This document shows, one piece after another, positions 1 through 5,517 of a stretch of 5,834 bases of DNA (positions within the stretch are counted from its first letter, which is position 1; the number at the start of each line of letters is the position of its first letter). The DNA comes from an uncultured archaeon. Its GTDB lineage: Archaea > Asgardarchaeota > Jordiarchaeia > Jordiarchaeales > Jordiarchaeaceae. The translations under genes and the position numbers were made by a program. The stretch covers positions 1 through 5,834 of the forward strand of contig CAZECW010000192.1 in assembly GCA_964510585.1 (NCBI GenBank), read 5' to 3'. The notes beneath the pieces were generated by a model, which worked only from the letters and a program-made list of their open reading frames with translations, made no database searches and was not told the origin of the DNA.

Positions 1-130
1 TTTAGGACGGTGACGGTGCTGGGTCGCGTTAAGGGAATGATTGCTGCATTCTGTCACCTTAAACAAGAGAGAAAGTATTTTATCCGTCCAAGAATCCTCC
101 ACGCAGAACCCATCTAATCACGCTAAGCCC
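1..130. mobile_element. Possible end of an unidentified inserted element or foreign segment abutting the ATPase gene
   Basis: Bases 1-130 are 62/130 G+C by hand count, richer than the adjacent gene. The ATPase frame runs into this segment at ...TTTTTC|GGGCTTAGCGTG (minus strand) and stops 16 codons later. Plus frame 1 is open from the window start to TAA 115-117 (FRTVTVLGRVKGMIAAFCHLKQERKYFIRPRILHAEPI*), which could be the C-terminus of a gene such as a transposase, but I recognise no diagnostic motif. Confidence 0.25.
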
Positions 131-793
131 GAAAAAGTCCCATTTCTCAATTTTCAGTTCGTTATTCTCTCTCTTCTCCAGTTGAACCTCTTCGCGCTTT
201 ATTCCGCCAGGAAGATCAATAATACCTTTAACATTCTTGTAAATAATTTGTTTTCTGTTCTTTTCCTTATTCTCGACGGATATTGTTTTTAGGTTTTCAA
301 GAAATAGTAGCATTTCTTGAACGTGAGAAAAGAGGTTTTCATGTATCTGATTAAAATCGGCTTCGCTGAGCTTCTTGAAGGGAAGTTGAAAAACGGAGCC
401 TTTCTGAGGGGGATCTATTCTGGTTATTTTGTAGTTGTGCCATGTTGGAAAATGAATTTTCTTATCTCCTGATAATATAGTCGGGGAATCTGTAACCTTA
501 TAAACCGACCTAAAGCCTACACCAAACATCCCAATTAAATCTGGATCTTTCTTGCCTTCTCCGAGGCTTGTTATTCTCTCCAAGTCTTCATCATCAAAAT
601 TTTTACCATCGTTTTGAACGGTTATACCATCATGGTTTACGATAAACTCTATTTTTGACACAGGTTTAGCGTCTTCAGCGTTTTGCACTAACTCTCTACC
701 AAAAACCGTAATTTCTGGATAAAAGTGAAGCCCAAATAGTTCCATCATTACATCAGTTTTAATTGACACAACTCCTTCCTTGAGAACTTCCAT
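80..793 (-). CDS. Sacsin/Nov-like GHKL (HATPase_c) ATPase N-terminal module, probably C-terminally truncated (237 aa)
   Basis: The Bergerat-fold boxes are in order: N-box ELVQNAEDA (668..694), G1 NDG, then F-x3-D-x3-I-x3-G-x2-KK, G2 IGMFGVGFRSVY, TDSPTILSG, and G3-like KGSVFQLPF. This matches the sacsin-type HATPase pattern. The start is placed at ATG 793 rather than GTG 802 because AGGTGATC lies just upstream of ATG 793. Confidence 0.85.
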   Translation of the reverse strand: MEVLKEGVVSIKTDVMMELFGLHFYPEITVFGRELVQNAEDAKPVSKIEFIVNHDGITVQNDGKNFDDEDLERITSLGEGKKDPDLIGMFGVGFRSVYKVTDSPTILSGDKKIHFPTWHNYKITRIDPPQKGSVFQLPFKKLSEADFNQIHENLFSHVQEMLLFLENLKTISVENKEKNRKQIIYKNVKGIIDLPGGIKREEVQLEKRENNELKIEKWDFFGLSVIRWVLRGGFLDG

Positions 794-796
794 AAC

Positions 797-804
797 GATC
801 ACCT
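797..804 (-). promoter_or_regulatory. Archaeal-type Shine-Dalgarno site for the ATPase gene
   Basis: The minus strand reads AGGTGATC-GTT-ATG. GGTGA is 5 nt before ATG 793 and is complementary to the archaeal 16S 3' end (GAUCACCU). Confidence 0.7.
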
Positions 805-1904
805 TAACGTGAATCTTTCTGATTAGTATTTTAAACCGATATTTCGCAGATTCTGTGAGTCTATTTAAATAATTGTGCTCCTCTTAGTGCATTTCAGCGT
901 TTCTGTTGCATTTTAACGGAGTCGACATGAGAACCCTCTCGAAGAGATGAGGATTAAAGTTAAAGAAGCTTCGCAATTCCACCAAAGGATTCTCAAATCT
1001 GCGAAAAATGGGTTTAAACCTCATCTGATTAACTTATTTTCGAGTCATGAAAAGTTTTTGGTGCATTTTGTGTTATGGGGCTGCGGGCAATTAGCAGGTG
1101 ATCTGGCTTTTGGATGCTTCAGGTGATGTAGATTTGTCCGATTCTACTTTTTTATTTATTTCTTTAAGATCCTTTTGTGTTTTGTAATGTTTTCGTTAGT
1201 CTCTTTCTGTTAATCCTGTTTGGAAGGCTTGGGTTTAATGGGTGGTCTAGGACGACGCCAAAATTTGGTTTGTTTTTCTAGTAAAGATCTAGAATGACCT
1301 CGAGGGTGATGTCAATTATTTTTTTCTTCATAAATAGAAATCCGCTAGAATCTATCGTGATTAACCCTTTAAATTTTGTATACTCATGTATGCCTTTCTC
1401 TCATATTTTTGTAGATATTTTCAGCAAACTAACTTTTCGGCTCATTAGCCAGTTTTCCCAACTAGCTTAATTGTCTTAGACCAAATAGTATAATCCCTAA
1501 TCCTTCTCAATCTCTTTATGTAAAAATAAGTATCTTTGACCTTAAGAACTTTAGGATTTTTGATGCATAAAATATTTATTAATGTATTTTTGGGATTTTG
1601 AGCGTTTGGAGAGAAGGTTCAGATGAAAAAATAAATATTTTAAAAACCCCCATACGCTTACGCGTTTTAGACAAAGGACGAAAATCTAAAGTTTTTCATG
1701 GTAAGTAGTCTACCACGGAATGAAAGACGAGTGCTTTTATGCTTAGCGATTTCAAAACATCTATTATCTCAGTAAGCTCCATCAAGCTTTTCGTATAATC
1801 GTTTTGCATTACTCATGTTAAATGAACAGGGGATTAAAATAAGAATGGAAATGTAGATATTATTCATTAGCAAGTCTTTGGCAAGTTTAAGGGGTAAGAT
1901 TAGA

Positions 1905-2231
1905 TTGGTTGGGGCCTCTACTTTTACCTGTAGAAGAGATGACATACATGACTGTTTACGGTGTCCTAGAATAGTTGCTTTTAAGGTTCAGAGATTAAAA
2001 ACACGGGAAGTGACGATGCCCAGAAGATATGTGTCAAGTCTTACACCGTTTGAGAAAGGGGTGGTCGGAGAAACTATAGCAAAGGTTGCCTTTGAGAAAA
2101 TGGGAGCGGAAAGAGTGGAGAGGGAGAAAATAGATGAGGGGGAAATTCTGAGTCAAATGAAGGAAAAGTTAAGTCGCTTCCAAACAGACTTGAAAATGTA
2201 TCGCCTGAAACCCTTCTCCTTGAACTTCTGA
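1905..2231 (+). pseudogene. N-terminal segment of a Cas4-like Fe-S nuclease (frameshifted from the catalytic segment)
   Basis: DDIHDCLRCPRIVAF resembles the Cas4/AddB N-terminal CPR Fe-S ligand motif (Cys codon 1962..1964). It is followed by FEKGVVGE (G-x3-E, 2058..2072), which sits at the position of the Cas4 G-x3-H motif. The likely start is TTG 1905 (GGGGT at 1891..1895), and TTG 1878 is an alternative. The final ~20 codons of this ORF are probably out-of-frame read-through. Confidence 0.65.
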
Positions 2232-2239
2232 GGCAGGAC

Positions 2240-2845
2240 TTGGAAGGAATGAGTCTTATTATAGAAACACTGAATAAAGTTTACGGCTCTCTCCACATTC
2301 TCGGAAAAGGAGCGATCAAGAACCCCTTTCTGCCTACCTTAGGAGAACCCGACTTCGTAGCGCTCCCGTCTAAAACTAAGATTCCAGTGATTATAGAAGT
2401 GAAAAACACTGCAAGAACAGATGCTTCACACGTATTACAAGCCTCTTTCTACAACTCGTTAGCCGAAGTCTCAGGAAGCATAACATTAAACCAGCATTAC
2501 GAGGATGAAAAAGTGAAATTAGAACCAAGCGTACTCTTAGAACCAGAAACCCAAACTATCATAATTTATCCAAGACTAGGATATTTCGAAATATGCTCAG
2601 AAAAGACAAGAATAGACTACGAAATAGTCGAGAAAATCTGGAAAGCGAAACAACTCGGCCTCATGGGCAAGCTACCATATGTAGAGAGAACAGACCATTG
2701 TAAAAGGTGCAATTACAAAAAATTCTGCAACACAACGATTTATGACGAGATAGAAACCGCGAAACCCTTACCACTAATCTTTGCCAAAGGCGCAATTGAA
2801 ACAGGTTATGACTTTAACATGTACTTTCTAAATAAATACATATGA
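2240..2845 (+). CDS. Catalytic and Fe-S segment of a Cas4/RecB-family PD-(D/E)xK nuclease (frame open from 2138)
   Basis: It contains GEPDF (PD at 2348..2353), IIEVK (E-x-K at 2396..2404), the RecB/Cas4-type QxxxY motif QASFY (2438..2452), and C-x2-C-x5-C CKRCNYKKFC (2699..2728). The frame continues upstream without a stop to 2138 (KVKSLPNRLENVSPETLLLELLRQDLEG), overlapping the previous ORF. Confidence 0.85.
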   Translation: MEGMSLIIETLNKVYGSLHILGKGAIKNPFLPTLGEPDFVALPSKTKIPVIIEVKNTARTDASHVLQASFYNSLAEVSGSITLNQHYEDEKVKLEPSVLLEPETQTIIIYPRLGYFEICSEKTRIDYEIVEKIWKAKQLGLMGKLPYVERTDHCKRCNYKKFCNTTIYDEIETAKPLPLIFAKGAIETGYDFNMYFLNKYI

Positions 2846-3245
2846 AAAACTGAAGAGACCAGGAATACTCAACAAGTACGAACTAGAAATACAAAAAGCG
2901 CGTCTAGAATTGAAAATGAGACATCAATCAAGAACAGAACGGATACAGGAACATCCTGATAAACTAGCTATTGAAGAAATCGAAAATAAGGAGGCAGAGT
3001 GGATAGCAGAAAAATTAAACACTACTGTTGCGGAGGTTAAGGAAGCCCTACGATACCCCGAAGTACCAAACATTAATAAAATACTAGAAGACATGTCAGC
3101 AGAACTAGAACCTTGGGAGAAAATCCTTGGAGCTAAGCAAATCAAAGAAAATGTAACAAATATATGGTCACTAACACTAAATATCAACACACTCCCAAAA
3201 CATAGTGAAACACTCACCGAAAAGGCATGGAAAAAATGGAGTTAA
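2842..3245 (+). CDS. Uncharacterised charged helical protein or domain (ORF-track 2910..3245); either a coupled downstream gene with a 1-nt lesion or the C-terminal extension of the nuclease
   Basis: The frame is open from 2832 to TAA 3243-3245 (YEKLKRPGILNKYELEIQKARLELKMRH...AWKKWS). No SD precedes TTG 2910 or ATG 2916. ATG 2842-2844 overlaps the nuclease stop (ATGA) but reads MKN* unless one A is added to the A5 run at 2845..2849. Confidence 0.55.
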
Positions 3246-3279
3246 GACAGCACAATCATTAAGGTCTATAATAAAAAAA

Positions 3280-3296
3280 GAAAAGTGGTTTTTATC
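3280..3296 (+). promoter_or_regulatory. Candidate BRE/TATA promoter upstream of the helicase
   Basis: A purine-rich GAAAAGTGG is followed directly by TTTTTATC, the archaeal BRE-TATA arrangement. It lies about 165 nt upstream of the ATG, so the assignment is tentative. Confidence 0.25.
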
Positions 3297-3335
3297 AAAC
3301 TCATTGGTCAAAATGTGAAATCCGAAAATCATTGA

Positions 3336-3359
3336 CTATAATTTTTTCGAGAATTATAG
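3336..3359. repeat. 8-bp perfect inverted repeat with 8-nt spacer (possible operator)
   Basis: CTATAATT (3336..3343), spacer TTTTCGAG, then AATTATAG (3352..3359), in the intergenic region before the helicase. Confidence 0.5.
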
Positions 3360-3448
3360 CGCTCCTCAAAAGTTTTGCTACTAATTGGAGGAAAGAGTCA
3401 AATCTTTCTTCTGGCTCACAATTATTTTGGCGATGAGTGTGGCTTTTC

Positions 3449-3455
3449 AAGGTGA
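3449..3455 (+). promoter_or_regulatory. Archaeal-type Shine-Dalgarno site for the helicase gene
   Basis: The sequence reads AAGGTGA-GTGAG-ATG. GGTGA is 5 nt before ATG 3461, the same spacing as at the ATPase gene. Confidence 0.7.
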
Positions 3456-3460
3456 GTGAG

Positions 3461-5470
3461 ATGGAATTTCACCCGAAGCAACAACTGCGAGAGTATCAAA
3501 GGGATGCATTGGAATATAGCCTAAGTAGGGATAGTTCTGTTTGTGTTTTGCCTACGGGAACTGGGAAGACGCTTGTGGGTCTGGCTTGGTGCTGTGCTCT
3601 CCTGAATCAGGGGAAGGCGAGGAGAATTCTGGTTATTGAGCCCACAAGATTTTTGGTGGAGCAGATGTTCAGATACTATCTTAGGAATTCTAATTTTAAT
3701 GAAAACCAAGTGAACATGATTTATGGGATAGTTAGTAGGGAGGAAAGAGTTGGGAAGTGGTCTAATGGTTTAATTGTTGTTTCCACTTCTCAAACCGCTT
3801 TTAATGATTTGGATTTTTTGGATTTTGACGCGGTGGTTGTCGACGAATGTCATCATACTGTTGGTCAGCACGCCTTTGCTAAGCTCATGGATGCGTATCC
3901 GTTTAGTTATAAACTTGGTCTTAGTGCAACGATTCCGGAAGATAGAGAACAGGAAATAGAGAGGCGTATTGGAAAAATTAGGAGGTGGCCCTGGAAGGAA
4001 CTGAAAGAGAAGTATCCGGACATTATACCTGATTGGGTGGGTGAAGTGTATGATTCTGATCTTGGTGAGGATGAGATTACTCTTTTGAAGATGTTTGGAG
4101 AGAGGAGACTATCGCTTAGAGGAACATTTTTTTCTGGTTTGGTGAGTATGGGTGTAAGGATGTTTGTTCGGGATGGTGCCCTTGCATTAAATGAAACACT
4201 AAGAAAAGGTACCACAATGTCAGAAATAATAGGTGATGAAATATGCGAATACTCTAAATCACTGAGGGAATTGCATAAAATAGATCAGGCTAGGGCGGTT
4301 TTGAGGGATCACGATTTCGAAAAGGCGATACTTTTTGTGGATAGGAGATGCGTTGCCGAAAAATTAATTGAATGTTTTAAAGAATATAATCCTGTATTGC
4401 TACTCGGTAAATTAAGATCTAGCCACGAGGAGCAGAAGAAGGCTGTCGAAAAGGCTAAGGAAAAGGATGTGAAGCTTATTATTGCTACGTCTGCGGGTGA
4501 GGAGGGCATAGACTTGCCGGAAGCTGATTTGTTGATTGTCTGGTCGAATGTTGCAAGCCCACTCAGATTTATTCAGAGGCATGGTAGGATAATGAGGCCC
4601 TCCGAGAAACTAAAAATAGCTACGTATATTGCTACGCCCGGAACTAAGGAAGTGGATTCTCCTGATTATGACTCTTTACTGGATGGTTTGATAGCTGCGA
4701 GGGACGCTGGTTTAGATATAGAAGGCATCGACGAAGAACTGATAAAATCCAGAAGCTATAAGCAGAGAATGAGGGCACTGGTTGAAGATGAGCCCTTAAG
4801 GTACGATGAGATTGCAGCCAGCCTAAAGCAAAGTGAAAGCAAAGTAAACCAATGGCTTTCGGCAAGCGTTAAGGAGGAGAATGAAGAATATCGGTTATTC
4901 TACTTCTATGAATTCCCAGTAGAAACGTTCAGGTCATGTATGTTAGAAGATTTGAAAAGATTTGAGGAGGAAGGATACGGAGATTTGCTAGATAGGCGGG
5001 CGACGATTAACTTGCTTTCAAATTCATTCAGATTGGTTAGAAATAATAGGTTTTACGCCAGTGTTTTGGATGCTGAAATCGTGGAAGAGGAATACAAAAA
5101 ACTCTTTTTGCCGATAGAATCGTTTAATGGCTTCCTCAGTTACACGGTAAGCAAAAAACCGGCTGGCGAAATATTGGCTGGTGCATGGATTACTGGAGCA
5201 GAGGAAAAAGAATATTTATTGCAATCTCGTAGTATATTGCGAACTTATAGTAATCCAATGAACTTTTTGAATGATGTTTTACAAAATTATATTAATCAAC
5301 CACTTTATTTTAAGTTTAGCGAAAGGGGGAAAAACCAATTTGTACCACCCTTTACATATCACGGCATTTTTACAGAAAAGACACTCGATTTAACCATCAA
5401 AAATGCTCTTTACATAGCGAATACATTTAGGACACAAATTAATGAGTTGGAAAAACTAATTTTTAAATAG
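3461..5470 (+). CDS. SF2 DExH helicase of the Hef/Mph1/FANCM (ERCC4-related helicase) type, with C-terminal HTH and unknown domain and no ERCC4 nuclease (669 aa)
   Basis: Motifs are Q LREYQ, I PTGTGKT (3551..3571), Ia PTRFLVEQ, Ib STSQT, II DECH (3842..3853), III SAT (from 3923), IV ILFVDRR, V ATSAGEEGID, and VI QRHGRIMR (4574..4597). PTxxLVEQ, TSxGEEGxD and IQRxGR are characteristic of the Hef/Mph1 group. The start is moved from GTG 3437 to ATG 3461 on SD evidence. Confidence 0.9.
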   Translation: MEFHPKQQLREYQRDALEYSLSRDSSVCVLPTGTGKTLVGLAWCCALLNQGKARRILVIEPTRFLVEQMFRYYLRNSNFNENQVNMIYGIVSREERVGKWSNGLIVVSTSQTAFNDLDFLDFDAVVVDECHHTVGQHAFAKLMDAYPFSYKLGLSATIPEDREQEIERRIGKIRRWPWKELKEKYPDIIPDWVGEVYDSDLGEDEITLLKMFGERRLSLRGTFFSGLVSMGVRMFVRDGALALNETLRKGTTMSEIIGDEICEYSKSLRELHKIDQARAVLRDHDFEKAILFVDRRCVAEKLIECFKEYNPVLLLGKLRSSHEEQKKAVEKAKEKDVKLIIATSAGEEGIDLPEADLLIVWSNVASPLRFIQRHGRIMRPSEKLKIATYIATPGTKEVDSPDYDSLLDGLIAARDAGLDIEGIDEELIKSRSYKQRMRALVEDEPLRYDEIAASLKQSESKVNQWLSASVKEENEEYRLFYFYEFPVETFRSCMLEDLKRFEEEGYGDLLDRRATINLLSNSFRLVRNNRFYASVLDAEIVEEEYKKLFLPIESFNGFLSYTVSKKPAGEILAGAWITGAEEKEYLLQSRSILRTYSNPMNFLNDVLQNYINQPLYFKFSERGKNQFVPPFTYHGIFTEKTLDLTIKNALYIANTFRTQINELEKLIFK

Positions 5471-5517
5471 AGTGATTTATTTAATTTTAAATTCTTCACC
5501 TACTGGTTTACCACCTA

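Noticed and set aside
58-71. CTTAAACAAGAGAG, a 10/14 match to the reverse complement of the IS left end at 5518 (CTTATTTAAGAGCG)
   Set aside because: The match is short with a mismatch in the terminal signature, and the adjacent frames do not resemble an IS1595 transposase end. It is insufficient to claim a composite transposon.
41-292. 83-aa plus-strand ORF
   Set aside because: It is antisense to the well-supported ATPase gene, crosses the 130 junction and has no motif, so it is a shadow ORF.
947-1126. 59-aa plus-strand ORF MRIKVKEASQFHQRILKSAKNGFKPHLINLFSSHEKFLVHFVLWGCGQLAGDLAFGCFR
   Set aside because: It has no convincing SD and no recognised motif, and an ORF of this length is expected by chance. 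It cannot be supported without a homology search.
1095-1127. CAGGTGAT occurring twice (SD-like)
   Set aside because: Neither copy is followed by a suitably spaced start of a substantial ORF, so it is probably chance or decayed sequence.
1698-1775. 25-aa ORF MVSSLPRNERRVLLCLAISKHLLSQ, superficially like the first helix of a wHTH
   Set aside because: It is too short, and no coherent continuation was found in any frame.
2016-2018. ATG 2016 (preceded by GAAGTGA) as the nuclease start
   Set aside because: Starting here would remove the CPR motif carrying the first Fe-S cysteine, so an upstream TTG (1905 or 1878) is preferred.
2138-2146. GGGGGAAAT as a programmed -1 slippery site
   Set aside because: The G_GGA_AAT heptamer is not in phase with the upstream reading frame, and shifting there gives a less plausible peptide than a shift at the A4 run.
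1905-2845. Calling the nuclease a CRISPR-associated cas4
   Set aside because: No repeats, leader, cas1 or cas2 are in the window and the motif pattern is atypical, so only Cas4-like is supported.
2924-3217. 97-aa minus-strand ORF
   Set aside because: It is a Ser/Ile/Phe-rich antisense shadow of the A-rich plus-strand ORF and has no SD or motif.
3521-4865. Short ORFs 3521..3709, 3774..3959, 3907..4215, 4309..4509 and 4644..4865
   Set aside because: All lie within the helicase gene on the opposite strand or in another frame and have no recognisable features.
3461-5470. Calling the helicase hef or cas3
   Set aside because: It lacks the ERCC4 domain of Hef and the HD domain and motif pattern of Cas3.
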